From Elusimicrobiota bacterium (GTDB lineage Bacteria; Elusimicrobiota; UBA8919), in contig JAFGLF010000006.1 in NCBI GenBank assembly GCA_016928195.1, positions 10,807 to 74,806 on the forward strand: a stretch of 64,000 nt of DNA. Reading direction: 5' to 3'. The translations under genes and the position numbers were made by a program. Under the pieces are notes generated by a model. The model saw only the letters and a program-made list of their open reading frames with translations. It did not search any database and was not told the DNA's origin. Below, piece by piece: positions 30,922-41,432 of this stretch (the stretch's first letter is position 1; every line of letters begins with the position of its first letter).

Positions 30922-30941
30922 TTCCTGTCCAAAATAAAATA

Positions 30942-32558
30942 ATGTCATTAATAAAAGTAACTTTTCAACCCGATAACTCTGCAGTTTTTGTCCCCGCAGG
31001 AACAACCTTAAAAGATGCTGCCGTACTTGCCGGTATATTGACCGATTTCCCCTGCGGTGCCCAGGGTAAATGCGGAAAGTGTAAGGTATGGGTAAAAGAA
31101 GGTTTGTTTAGGCCTAATTTGGCAGAAAAAAAACTACTTTCGTTAAATGAATTAAAAAAAAACATACGGCTTGCATGCCAGGCAAAAGTTAAATCCGATA
31201 CCGTTGTTTTTGTTCCCAAAAAGTCTCAGGTAAACAGAAAAAAATTGCTGATTTCACCGATATATAAAAAGGTTAAAGTAAAAAGGAAATTTCGCCCTAA
31301 TTATGGACTAGCACTGGATATCGGAACTACAAGTGTATCCGGGGTTTTGATTGATTTGAATACAAACAGAGAGTTATCGGTAGTATCGGAAACAAACACA
31401 CAGTTGGTTTATGGTGCAGATGTAATTTCGAGGATAAATCACGCTGTCAGTAATGATAACGGTTTATCGGATCTGCAGCAGAAAATAATAGGAGTAATAA
31501 ATAGAATTATAGATAGACTTTCGATTGAATCCCGTATAAATAAAACGGATATAAATGATGTAACTGTAGTTGGTAATACCGCAATGCAGCATTTTTTAAT
31601 GGGATTTAGTGTGAAAGGTTTGGCAGCATTACCCTTTGAACCTACATGCAAAGACCATATCAATGTAAAAGCGAAAAGACTGAAAATAAAGGTTAATCCC
31701 GAGGCAGACATATATATATTTCCGTGTATAGCAGGTTTTATCGGCGGCGACACCGTAGGGATGATCCTGGCTCTGAATTTACATCGCAACAAAGGAGTAA
31801 ACCTGGCAATAGATATAGGGACAAACGGCGAGATAGTTCTGGGTTCAAAAGAGAAACTCTTGTGTACTTCGACTGCTGCTGGTCCCGCATTTGAAGGTGC
31901 ACATATTTCCTGCGGGATGAGAGCAGTAGAATCCGCAATAGAATCGGTTTACGTTTCCAATGAAGGTGTTTTTTGTAGAACAATAGGCGATGTTAGTGCG
32001 GAAGGTATTTGCGGGTCCGGATTGATAGACATAGCCGCAGAATTAGTGAAGTTCGGTATAGTCGATAAAATGGGCAGGTTTATAGATAAAAACATTGGAT
32101 TGGCTCCTGCTTTGCTGAATTTACTGATACAGCGTAATGGACAGAGTGCGTTTCTTATTGCTGAGGATAAAATAAAAAATAAAAAGATTTTTCTCAGTCA
32201 GAAAGACATTAGAGAGTTACAGCTGGCAAAAGGTGCCATATATAGCGGGATACAGATTTTAAAAACAGAACTAGGTGTAAATAATATCAACATTAAACGT
32301 TTGTTTATATCGGGGACATTTGGAAATTACATAGACAAAAAAAACGCACAGGTTATAGGATTAATGCCCGATATGCCTTTGGAAAAAGTAGTGTTTGTAG
32401 GCAACGCAGCTTTAGCAGGTGCGAAACTTGCATTGGTATCTCCCGGTACACGGAGAGAGATAGAAACTATTATTAAAAAAGTGGAGTATATAGAACTTTC
32501 TGTTCGTCCTGATTTTAATAGTGAGTTTGTTAAATCAATGCAGTTTAGATCATGTTAA
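30942..32558 (+). CDS. Reductive activator of corrinoid proteins (ASKHA, RACo/RamA-like) with 2Fe-2S domain
   Basis: CGAQGKCGKC..RLACQ; DIGTT, GADVISR, DIGTNGE, GPAFEG, DIRELQLAK. Confidence 0.9.
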   Translation: MSLIKVTFQPDNSAVFVPAGTTLKDAAVLAGILTDFPCGAQGKCGKCKVWVKEGLFRPNLAEKKLLSLNELKKNIRLACQAKVKSDTVVFVPKKSQVNRKKLLISPIYKKVKVKRKFRPNYGLALDIGTTSVSGVLIDLNTNRELSVVSETNTQLVYGADVISRINHAVSNDNGLSDLQQKIIGVINRIIDRLSIESRINKTDINDVTVVGNTAMQHFLMGFSVKGLAALPFEPTCKDHINVKAKRLKIKVNPEADIYIFPCIAGFIGGDTVGMILALNLHRNKGVNLAIDIGTNGEIVLGSKEKLLCTSTAAGPAFEGAHISCGMRAVESAIESVYVSNEGVFCRTIGDVSAEGICGSGLIDIAAELVKFGIVDKMGRFIDKNIGLAPALLNLLIQRNGQSAFLIAEDKIKNKKIFLSQKDIRELQLAKGAIYSGIQILKTELGVNNINIKRLFISGTFGNYIDKKNAQVIGLMPDMPLEKVVFVGNAALAGAKLALVSPGTRREIETIIKKVEYIELSVRPDFNSEFVKSMQFRSC

Positions 32559-32585
32559 TTCTATGTATTAAAGGCGGGTAAGAGG

Positions 32586-32945
32586 ATGAAAAAAATACTT
32601 ATTGCTGATGATGATGTATCTTTGGTAGAAATTTTAAAAGATGAATTGGAAGAAGCCGGTTATAAAATAATTACCGCTTTTAACGGAAAGGACTGTTTTA
32701 AACTTATGGAAACAACAATACCGGATTTGCTTATACTGGATATTAAACTCTCAGGCATGAGCGGATTGGAAATTTTGGAAGGGGCAAGACATAAGTTTAA
32801 AAATATACCGATAATTATGTGCACGGCTTATGATTCTTTTAAAACGGATTATGAGGTATGGGCATCCAGAATAGCCGATTATATAGTAAAACCTGTGGAT
32901 CTGGATGAATTAAAAGAAAAAATAAGTAAAATACTTGGTGAATAA
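32586..32945 (+). CDS. Single-domain response regulator
   Basis: ILIADDD, LDIKL, CTAY, KP. Confidence 0.9.
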   Translation: MKKILIADDDVSLVEILKDELEEAGYKIITAFNGKDCFKLMETTIPDLLILDIKLSGMSGLEILEGARHKFKNIPIIMCTAYDSFKTDYEVWASRIADYIVKPVDLDELKEKISKILGE

Positions 32946-32954
32946 ACAAAAATA

Positions 32955-33866
32955 ATGCAAATACCGGACTGCTGGTTATGGACCATATTTCTTGGGTTTG
33001 CGGTAGGATTTTTATCCGGTCTGTTTGGTATTGGAGGCGGGTTTCTTCTCGTACCGCTTTTAAGAGCAGGTTTCGGTATACCTTACAATATAGCTGTAGG
33101 AAGCAGTTTATGTCAGATGGTTTTTTCATCAAGTGCTGGAACGATAAAGCATTTCAAGAAAAACCATATAAATATTAAACTTGGTTTATTGCTTCTTTTT
33201 GGTTCAATACCGGGTGCGGAAATAGGGGCCAGCGTTCTTCAGTTCTTTAAAAAAACGGCAATAGTAACTATTTTTGGCCACAGCGTTGTATCAATGGATT
33301 TTTTCATGAACATTATGTATCTGATACTTCTGCTGTCTATTTTTTTTATTATGTTCAGGGAAGTTAAACAATGGCAGAGTAGAACCGGGGGAGAAATAAA
33401 GAATTTAAAAAGATATAAAATAAGATTTTTTTTGAATCCTGTATATAAAGTAAAATATAAAACCGATTTCTCAGAACATACCGAATTATTTATTAATGCT
33501 GGTTTTGTGGTTGTTCTCGGAATTGCCGTCGGTTTTTTATCGGGTGTTCTGGGTATCGGGGGCAGTATAATATTTATACCGGTTGTAATTTGTTTGTTTA
33601 AGATTCCTGCCGCTCTTGCGGTTGGTACCGGACTTTTCCAGATTATATTTACTTCATTTTATGGTACCATAACCCATATAGTAAAAGATAATGTCAGTTT
33701 TGTTCTTGCCGGATTACTGGTGTGCGGTTCGATGCCGGGTGCTCTTGTGGGGGCCGTATTGACGGAAAAAATAAGAGGTAGGAAGATCAGGTTATATTTT
33801 AGTATTATTATTTTAGCAGTATCCATTATTGTATTTATTCAGCTGATGAAAAGTTTTATAAAATAG
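32955..33866 (+). CDS. TauE/SafE (TSUP) family permease
   Basis: Duplicated GFLSG.GIGGG motif, multi-TM. Confidence 0.88.
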   Translation: MQIPDCWLWTIFLGFAVGFLSGLFGIGGGFLLVPLLRAGFGIPYNIAVGSSLCQMVFSSSAGTIKHFKKNHINIKLGLLLLFGSIPGAEIGASVLQFFKKTAIVTIFGHSVVSMDFFMNIMYLILLLSIFFIMFREVKQWQSRTGGEIKNLKRYKIRFFLNPVYKVKYKTDFSEHTELFINAGFVVVLGIAVGFLSGVLGIGGSIIFIPVVICLFKIPAALAVGTGLFQIIFTSFYGTITHIVKDNVSFVLAGLLVCGSMPGALVGAVLTEKIRGRKIRLYFSIIILAVSIIVFIQLMKSFIK

Positions 33867-33890
33867 AAACAAAACAGGAGGTTTCGATAA

Positions 33891-34523
33891 ATGGTTAGCC
33901 TAAAAGAAGTAGCTGATAATTTAATCAAGGGACAGGCTGTAAAGGTCAAGGAGCTGGTCCAGCAGGCAGTAGATGAAAAGATGCCTGCTGATAAGATTTT
34001 ACAGGAAGGATTGATTGCCGGTATGGATGTAGTGGGCACAAAATTTAAAGCGAATGAAATTTATATACCGGAAGTATTAATAGCTGCCCGTGCTATGCAG
34101 GCCGGAATGAATATACTTAAGCCGATTCTGGCTAAATCCGGCGCAAAACCAGCGGGTAGATTTGCTATAGGTACCGTTAAAGGCGATGTCCACGATATTG
34201 GGAAAAATCTTGTAGCAATGATGATGGAAGGTGCCGGATTTGAGGTGACCGATTTAGGGACGGACGCTCCTCCGGAAAAATTTGTTGCTGCGGCAAAAGA
34301 AAAAAATATTCAGATATTGGGTTTGTCAGCGCTTATAACTACTACGATGCCTATAATGAGGGATACCATAATAGCTCTGGAGAAAGCAGGATTGAAGGGT
34401 AAGGTAAAGACAATGATAGGCGGTGCGCCGATAACTCAGAGTTTTGCGGATGAAATAGGTGCTGATGGTTATGCGCCTGACGCTGCCTCTGCAGTTGATA
34501 AGGCAAAAGAATTAATAAAATAA
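33891..34523 (+). CDS. Methyltransferase cognate corrinoid protein
   Basis: GDVHDIGKN B12-binding motif, GLSALITTT, IGGAP. Confidence 0.95.
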   Translation: MVSLKEVADNLIKGQAVKVKELVQQAVDEKMPADKILQEGLIAGMDVVGTKFKANEIYIPEVLIAARAMQAGMNILKPILAKSGAKPAGRFAIGTVKGDVHDIGKNLVAMMMEGAGFEVTDLGTDAPPEKFVAAAKEKNIQILGLSALITTTMPIMRDTIIALEKAGLKGKVKTMIGGAPITQSFADEIGADGYAPDAASAVDKAKELIK

Positions 34524-34602
34524 TCCCGACTAAATGCGAAGCTAATGCCTGCCATCTTATGAAATTTGAGTCGGGCTTTTGGCGGGTGATTGAGAGGTAA
34601 TC

Positions 34603-35589
34603 ATGTCTATTTTAGTAACAGGGGGAGCAGGATATATCGGTAGCCATACAGTAACTGAGCTCCTGGATATGGGGCATAAAATCATAACCCTTGACAACCT
34701 GCAGAAGGGGCATAAAAAAGCAGTTCTTGGAGGGAAATTGGTTAATGTAGATCTTCTGGATACTAAGAAGCTTGATACAGTTTTCAAAGAGAATAAAATA
34801 GATTCGGTAATTCATTTTGCAGCAGATAGTTTGGTTGGCGAGTCGGTTCAGAACCCAAGCAAATATTTTAGAAACAATATTATTGCCGGTATTAATTTGC
34901 TTGAAACAATGTTAAAATATGATGTGAAAAAAATAATATTTTCTTCTTCTGCGGCAACATACGGCGAGCCTGATAGAATACCCATACGGGAGGACAACAA
35001 TACAAGCCCTACAAACCCGTACGGAGAGACAAAATTGATGTTTGAAAATATACTTAAATGGTATGATAATGCATACGGACTGAGGTATGTATCGCTAAGG
35101 TATTTCAATGCAGCCGGAGCGCACAGCAGCGGTAAGATAGGCGAAGACCATAATCCTGAGAGCCATCTTATACCGATAGTTCTTCAGGCTGCATTAGGAC
35201 AGAGACCGCATGTAGAAGTGTACGGAACTGACTATGAAACAAAGGATGGTACATGCGTAAGAGATTATATACATATTACAGATCTAGCTATGGCGCACAT
35301 TTTGGGGCTTAAGAGATTGGATGAAAATGGAAAAAGCGTAATATATAATCTCGGTAACGGTGAAGGATTTTCTGTAAAGGAAATTATTAAAGTTGTGGAA
35401 GATGTAACGGGTAAGAAAATAAATGTAAAACACGGGCCGCGCAGAGCAGGTGACCCTGCGGTTCTTATAGCAAGTTCGGAAAAAATTAAAAGAGAACTGA
35501 AATGGAAACCTAGATTCCATGAAATACATACCATAATAGAAACTGCCTGGAAATGGCACAAGAACAATCCATCAGGTTTTGGTGATTAA
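34603..35589 (+). CDS. galE: UDP-glucose 4-epimerase
   Basis: TGGAGYIGSH, YGETK, LRYFN, RDYIH. Confidence 0.95.
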   Translation: MSILVTGGAGYIGSHTVTELLDMGHKIITLDNLQKGHKKAVLGGKLVNVDLLDTKKLDTVFKENKIDSVIHFAADSLVGESVQNPSKYFRNNIIAGINLLETMLKYDVKKIIFSSSAATYGEPDRIPIREDNNTSPTNPYGETKLMFENILKWYDNAYGLRYVSLRYFNAAGAHSSGKIGEDHNPESHLIPIVLQAALGQRPHVEVYGTDYETKDGTCVRDYIHITDLAMAHILGLKRLDENGKSVIYNLGNGEGFSVKEIIKVVEDVTGKKINVKHGPRRAGDPAVLIASSEKIKRELKWKPRFHEIHTIIETAWKWHKNNPSGFGD

Positions 35590-35656
35590 AAAATTAGGGC
35601 CTCGTAAGCCGAGAGTGCCTTTTGCGATAGGCTATAAAAAATATGTGGAGGTAAGG

Positions 35657-37693
35657 ATGTCTCGGAGTGGAGCATTGGAACAGAGGGTTACAAATTGTAT
35701 AAGATTGTTGGCAGCGGATGGAGTTGAAAAAGCAAAATCGGGTCATCCCGGGATGCCGTTAGGTGCTGCGGATATAGCATATGTATTATGGCAGAAGCAT
35801 TTAAGGTTTAATCCCGATAAACCGGATTGGATAAACCGCGACCGTTTTATACTTTCTGCCGGTCACGGGTCGATGCTGTTGTATTCACTGCTTCATTTAT
35901 ACGGTTATGACCTGCCGCTGGATGAACTGAAGAATTTCAGACAGCTGGACAGCAAGACTCCCGGTCACCCGGAATACGGTCACACCCCGGGAGTGGAAAC
36001 CACAACAGGTCCTCTGGGTCAGGGATTTGCAAATGCCGTGGGTATGGCAATAGCCTATCAGGTATTAAGGAATAGTTTATCTAAAAACGGGAAATCTCCG
36101 ATTAACCATAAAATTTATGTTATTGCGGGTGACGGCGATATGATGGAAGGAATAAGTTCGGAAGCTGCCTCCATTGCCGGACATTTGAACCTTTCAAATC
36201 TGATTGTGATTTATGACGATAATAAGATCACCATAGAAGGGAGTACCGGTCTTGCTTTTTCCGAGGATGTTAGAAAAAGATTTCAGGCATGTAACTGGAA
36301 TGTTGTTAAAATCAACGGACATAATTTAAAACAGATAGACAATGCACTTAAAGGCGCAGGTAATAAGAATAACAAACCGACCATAATTATTGCTGAAACA
36401 AAGATAGCAAAAGGCAGCACATGTTTAGAGGGTTCTTGTAAGTCCCACGGCTCGCCGTTAGGCGAAGATGAAATAATCAATATTAAGAAAAAGATGAAAT
36501 TTCCGGAATGTGAGTCTTTTTGTATCCCGGATGATGTAAAAGCACATGTGAAAATTAGAGTAGATAAGCTTAAAAAGGAATACGAAGAACGGAATGAAAA
36601 ATTCGAAGAGTTTATGGATAAAAATCCTGAAATAAAAAAAAGGTATGAGGAGTATAAGAATAAAAAAAATATTGATATCAATGAACTTCTTAACATAGAT
36701 TTCAAGAAAGACAAGATTGCTACCAGAAGTGCTTCCGGTATTGTTATGCAGTATATTGCAAAAAAGGTTCCTGGTTTTATTGGCGGCTCTGCAGATTTGG
36801 GTCCGTCAAATAATACCATGCTTAAAGAGTATCCTTCTTTCAGCAAGACTAACCGCAACGGCAGAAACCTTCATTTCGGAATAAGGGAGCATGCCATGGG
36901 TGCGATTTTGAACGGAATGGCTGTTTATGGAGGGTCGGTCCTCCCCGGAGGACACCGCGGTGGGCTGCTTCCGTTTGGTGCTACATTTCTTGTTTTTGCT
37001 GATTATATGAGGCCGGCAATTAGGATGGCATCCTTGATGAAACTGCACGTTGTATATGTTTTTACTCATGATAGTTTTTTTGTCGGGGAAGACGGCCCTA
37101 CGCATCAGCCGATTGAACATTTATGGAGCTTAAGAACCATTCCTAATCTTGATGTGGTTCGTCCTGCGGATGCAAGGGAAACTGCCGCTGCATGGGCCCA
37201 AGCGGTAAATAACGATGAAAATCCCACTGCTTTGATACTTACAAGACAAAATATACCGGTTTTAGACAGAGCAAAATATGCATCCGCGGAAAATTTACTG
37301 AAAGGTGCATATATTATATCTGGCGAAAAGGATAGGGATAACCTGCAGTTGATAATTATTGCTACCGGTTCTGAAGTGTCTCTGGCACTGGAGGTTCAGC
37401 AGAAACTTCAGGGAGACGGAGTATCAGTCAGGGTTGTGAGCATGCCTTCTATTGAATTGTTTGAAAGACAGGATAAGAATTATAAAAAGACCGTTTTGCC
37501 TGCGGACTGTTTGAAGAAAGTGGTTATTGAAGCAGGTGTTGCAGGCGGATGGTATAAATATATAGGCGCAGATGGATTGGTTTTTGGGATGGAAGGTTTT
37601 GGTACTTCGGCACCTGCCAATGTTCTTATAGATAAGTTCGGGTTTACTTCCGATAAAATATATTCACAAATAAAGAATAGGTTTGATTTTTAA
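35657..37693 (+). CDS. tkt: Transketolase
   Basis: SGHPG, RDRFILSAGH, TTGPLGQG, GEDGPTHQP; ATG 35657 after GGAGG. Confidence 0.97.
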   Translation: MSRSGALEQRVTNCIRLLAADGVEKAKSGHPGMPLGAADIAYVLWQKHLRFNPDKPDWINRDRFILSAGHGSMLLYSLLHLYGYDLPLDELKNFRQLDSKTPGHPEYGHTPGVETTTGPLGQGFANAVGMAIAYQVLRNSLSKNGKSPINHKIYVIAGDGDMMEGISSEAASIAGHLNLSNLIVIYDDNKITIEGSTGLAFSEDVRKRFQACNWNVVKINGHNLKQIDNALKGAGNKNNKPTIIIAETKIAKGSTCLEGSCKSHGSPLGEDEIINIKKKMKFPECESFCIPDDVKAHVKIRVDKLKKEYEERNEKFEEFMDKNPEIKKRYEEYKNKKNIDINELLNIDFKKDKIATRSASGIVMQYIAKKVPGFIGGSADLGPSNNTMLKEYPSFSKTNRNGRNLHFGIREHAMGAILNGMAVYGGSVLPGGHRGGLLPFGATFLVFADYMRPAIRMASLMKLHVVYVFTHDSFFVGEDGPTHQPIEHLWSLRTIPNLDVVRPADARETAAAWAQAVNNDENPTALILTRQNIPVLDRAKYASAENLLKGAYIISGEKDRDNLQLIIIATGSEVSLALEVQQKLQGDGVSVRVVSMPSIELFERQDKNYKKTVLPADCLKKVVIEAGVAGGWYKYIGADGLVFGMEGFGTSAPANVLIDKFGFTSDKIYSQIKNRFDF

Positions 37694-37698
37694 CTTGT

Positions 37699-38364
37699 AT
37701 GCAGTACATATTCCCTCCTTATATAGGGCCTAAACTCCGGAAGTTTCATGACGGAAGTGTTGAGGACCCGTGGAAGACAAGACGGGATCCTGTTTATAAC
37801 GAAGTATGTTATGCTCCGCTGAGTGAAGCATCCAGTCTTCGGGATATTAATAATTATGAATGGCCTAATCCTGATTGGTATGATTATTCGAAGATTCCTG
37901 ATATGTGCAGAAAGTATAATGACTGCTCGGTTGTTATTTATGGCGGAAATTGCGGTATGACAACTGTACTGTATCAGGGGATTAATCTTTGCGGTATGGA
38001 AAAAATGATGGCTGATTTGGCGCTCAATCCTGATTTTGTACAGGAAATGTTTGAAAGGATAACCGGGTTTTATCTTGAAGTAAACAAAAGAATATTTGAA
38101 GCTGCAAAAGGGGAAATAGACAGTATACTGATGGGAGATGATTTTGGAACACAGAGAGGACTTTTAATATCTCCGGCAATGTTAAAGAGATTTGTATTCC
38201 CTAATCTAAAAAAACAGTTTGATCTTGCACATAGATATAATATAAAAGTAATGTTTCATTCCTGTGGAGCTATAAGTGAAATTATCCCCGACCTGACTTC
38301 TCTTGGTGTGGATGTTTTAAATCCAGTCAATATTGAGTTTGAAAAGGTTCTTGTTTATAAATAG
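37699..38364 (+). pseudogene. URO-D/MtaA-like methyltransferase fragment
   Basis: GDDFGTQRGLLISP, FHSCG, GVDVLNP motifs; the usual N-terminal and C-terminal barrel segments appear missing (221 aa). Confidence 0.6.
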
Positions 38365-38510
38365 TCGAAATATAACTATTGACTTCGGCCAATCATTACT
38401 TACCTGATACACATATCATAAAATATTATTAGTTTTTATTAAATCCGCTGAGACCACAAAGGTTTTATCTCTGTGTCATCTGCGGGTTTTCTGCGTAATC
38501 TGCGTGATTA

Positions 38511-39455
38511 TTAAGATTTGATTTTTTCGTTTTCCTGTATAGGAATGAACTTATTTATTATGTTTAGTATATATAATAAAATGTTCCAGGAATTGAAAAA
38601 TTTATTAGATGAGTATTTTTTCTTAAAGTCTTCTATAGCTTTACTTGGTTCCAGATACTGTCCGTATTGTTCTTTCAAATAGTGCCAGTGTTCAGTTATC
38701 CATATATACAGATCGCTTAACCCGGCCTTTGGAAAATTACTGGCCAGTTTTTCTTTTTTAATAAGTTCCACCAGCGGAAGATAAACAAAATCATACCAGT
38801 TGCATACGGCTTTTTTATAATCAATATCAGCTTTTTCTTTTTCACCAAGAAAATATTTGTGCACTTCAATATGTTTAATTAGTATCTCATAGTTTCCTAT
38901 TATTTTTATTTCTATATTGTTCACCGGACGATATGTGTCAAGACCGGTTATGCGAAAGAATTCTTTTAATTCATATTCCAGTATTTTTTTATTAATCTGT
39001 TCCGGTTTATCGAATTTTATTAATGATTCTATTTCTATGACTTCCGCATCAATAAAATCTATACCGCGCTGCCGGGCCACAGATACCCGGTGGTTCCCGT
39101 CCCTTACATAATATGTATCGCCTATCTTATAGAGCGACACAGCCGGCAGGGGTATTTCGTCGTAATGAGCCTTATCGATATTTTCCCATCTGTCCCTTAT
39201 ATGGTCATGTTTCGGAAGAAACAGATTGTCAAAATCCCTGAACCTGCCCTGACTACCGACTATTTTTTCCACGGGTACAGTCTCCATGCCTTTATAGTAT
39301 TCTGATTTGATATGTGCCTGTTTCCTTAATGTCTCAAAATCTATCAGGTCGTTAGATTCATTGGTTATAAGTGTTTTGATGAAGTTTATAAAGGATTTGT
39401 ACCTTGCCATATCAAAATCCAGTTTAGCTTTAATTGAACTATCTTTTTTTTTCAT
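38511..39455 (-). CDS. ParB/Srx-like fold protein (DUF4032-like)
   Basis: KIVGS.GR..DFD..FLP, YYVRDGNHRVSVAR, HIEVHKY, DLYIW. Confidence 0.7.
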   Translation of the reverse strand: MKKKDSSIKAKLDFDMARYKSFINFIKTLITNESNDLIDFETLRKQAHIKSEYYKGMETVPVEKIVGSQGRFRDFDNLFLPKHDHIRDRWENIDKAHYDEIPLPAVSLYKIGDTYYVRDGNHRVSVARQRGIDFIDAEVIEIESLIKFDKPEQINKKILEYELKEFFRITGLDTYRPVNNIEIKIIGNYEILIKHIEVHKYFLGEKEKADIDYKKAVCNWYDFVYLPLVELIKKEKLASNFPKAGLSDLYIWITEHWHYLKEQYGQYLEPSKAIEDFKKKYSSNKFFNSWNILLYILNIINKFIPIQENEKIKS

Positions 39456-40085
39456 TTACTTTCCCTCAGTGTCAAGAACATAATGATCGTATGCATTTAT
39501 TATTTTTGTTTTACCAAGCATTGAAATCCGGGATTTATTCCTGTCATATATATGTATATGACCGTGTACAAGATATCTGGGTTGATATTTTTCTACCAGA
39601 CGCCGCAGTGAAGAAAAACCCTTATGGCATAATTCATTAGGAGTTCCGAATCCTTTTGGAGGTGCATGGGATATTATAAGGTCAATAAATGTACCATATC
39701 TTATCCTGTTCCACCAGAAACGGGGTTTCATCGTTTGGATGGTTAAATTCATATCAAACTCCGAATATTGTATACGGTCGGAATTGTTATACTTTAAACA
39801 GCCTTCAAACCCGCAAAAACTTATGTTATTAAATCTTACAATTTTTTTATGAATATTTTTTCCCCCGTCAGGATCAAATATCTTTTGCTGTTTTTCGTCA
39901 TTATGTGTAAAATGGTTCCCGCGTATATAATAGAGGGGTTTGTTAAGGGTTGATACGATGAAATCATAATAATTAAACGGCAGATCACCGCAGCTTATAA
40001 CAAGGTCACACTCCCCAAACCTTTCTTTTATTTTTTCACTATATATAATCGGTGAGACATTATCCGTTACAAATAGTATTTTCAT
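39456..40085 (-). CDS. Calcineurin-like metallophosphoesterase
   Basis: TD, CGDL, RGNH, SHAPP, HGHIH motifs. Confidence 0.88.
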   Translation of the reverse strand: MKILFVTDNVSPIIYSEKIKERFGECDLVISCGDLPFNYYDFIVSTLNKPLYYIRGNHFTHNDEKQQKIFDPDGGKNIHKKIVRFNNISFCGFEGCLKYNNSDRIQYSEFDMNLTIQTMKPRFWWNRIRYGTFIDLIISHAPPKGFGTPNELCHKGFSSLRRLVEKYQPRYLVHGHIHIYDRNKSRISMLGKTKIINAYDHYVLDTEGK

Positions 40086-40094
40086 AGCAGACAT

Positions 40095-40207
40095 ATTATA
40101 TATAATGAAAGCGAAAAGTCAATCCAAATACTGTTACATTGGGTCCTGCCCCGTACCAGAGCAAAGCTCGATACGGGGTTGACATAACCGAAAAAGAATT
40201 GTAGAAT
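40095..40207. promoter_or_regulatory. Divergent sigma70-type promoters with palindrome CCCCGTA..TACGGGG (40149-40178) between them
   Basis: +: TTGACA(40179)-17-TAGAAT; -: TTGACT(40122)-16-TATAAT. Confidence 0.6.
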
Positions 40208-40241
40208 AAAACCATACTAATTAAATATACAGGAGATAGCA

Positions 40242-41027
40242 ATGTTGGTAATTGGAGAAAGAATTAACGCAACCAGAAAGAGCATGGGTGAAGCAATAAC
40301 AAAGAAGGACTCGGATTTTATCCGGCAGGAAGCAGTAAAACAGCTGGAAGCCGGTGCGGATATACTTGATGTAAACTGCGGTATGAGTGTAAAGGACGAA
40401 TCAAGTAATATGGAATGGCTGGTAAATACCGTACAGGATGCAGCCGATACTTCACTTGTGATAGATAGTCCGAATCCTGCTGTGATTGAAAGCGGTCTTA
40501 AACTGTGCAGGAAAAAAGCAATAGTCAATTCAATTACCGGTGAAAAGGAAAGAATCGAAAAGATAATGCCGCTTGTGGAAAAATATAATGCCGATGTGAT
40601 TGCGCTTACAATGGATGAAAAAGGAATGCCTAATACATCCGAAGAACGGTATAATATAGCGGAGAAAATAGCTGATTCGATAAAAAAATATAAAGTTCCA
40701 TTAGACAGAGTATATTTTGATTTATTGGTAAGGCCTATCAGTACCGAACCCAACCAGGCAAATGAGTTTTTAGGAGCGGTAAGTCTTGTAAAGAAAAATC
40801 TAAAAGCAAAAACGGTATGCGGTCTGAGCAATATTTCTTTCGGGTTGCCCAATAGAAAACTTATCAATGCCACCTTCCTTACAATGTCGTTTTATGCAGG
40901 ACTGGATGCTGCAATAATAGATCCAACAGATAAAAATATGATGCTGACAATCAGATCATCCGAAGCACTTTTAGCCAGGGATGAATACTGCTTAAAATAC
41001 ATTACCGCTTTTAGAGAAGGAAAATAA
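40242..41027 (+). CDS. Methyltetrahydrofolate:corrinoid methyltransferase (AcsE-like, pterin-binding)
   Basis: IGERINATRK, LDVN, IDSP, VNSITGE, GLSNISFGLP, GLDAAIIDP. Confidence 0.88.
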   Translation: MLVIGERINATRKSMGEAITKKDSDFIRQEAVKQLEAGADILDVNCGMSVKDESSNMEWLVNTVQDAADTSLVIDSPNPAVIESGLKLCRKKAIVNSITGEKERIEKIMPLVEKYNADVIALTMDEKGMPNTSEERYNIAEKIADSIKKYKVPLDRVYFDLLVRPISTEPNQANEFLGAVSLVKKNLKAKTVCGLSNISFGLPNRKLINATFLTMSFYAGLDAAIIDPTDKNMMLTIRSSEALLARDEYCLKYITAFREGK

Positions 41028-41056
41028 AAAGTTCTTTTTAGAAACCAAAAGAACTT

Positions 41057-41154
41057 GATTACACAGATTTTAAGAGACAATTACACAGATACTACAGATT
41101 GAGATTTAATCTGTGTAATCTTGTGGTTAATCTGCGTAATTCCGCCGCGGCGGA
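41057..41154. repeat. GATTACACAG/ATCTGTGTAATC hairpin with TCCGCCGCGGCGGA
   Basis: Direct reading. Confidence 0.8.
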
Positions 41155-41258
41155 TTGATGGTTTTTACAACAGACACTAAAAAGTATCGTTTTACCTATT
41201 AATAATATTACCACCACCCAACCCCGGTAAAAAAAAATTAATAATTTTCGAAAGGTAC

Positions 41259-41288
41259 TTGACAAAACTATATGTAGTATGCTACAAT
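41259..41288 (+). promoter_or_regulatory. Promoter with NrdR box in the spacer
   Basis: TTGACA-18-TACAAT; AAACTATATGTAGTAT (41265-80) resembles acaCwAtATaTwGtg; upstream of nrdR/nrdD. Confidence 0.65.
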
Positions 41289-41432
41289 ACTAATCCGTAG
41301 AATAAGTAGTAGCAGTATTCCTCTATTTAGCACGGTAAATACAAAAGCGTAGTATATATAGAATATGACATATCCTTTAAATAAATTCAATTTCTATCCT
41401 AAATTTAAATTAAGTAACGGCGAATAAATAAT

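Noticed and set aside
30840-30941. Integrated element at tRNA-Leu
   Set aside because: No integrase and no duplicated tRNA 3' end noticed in the window.
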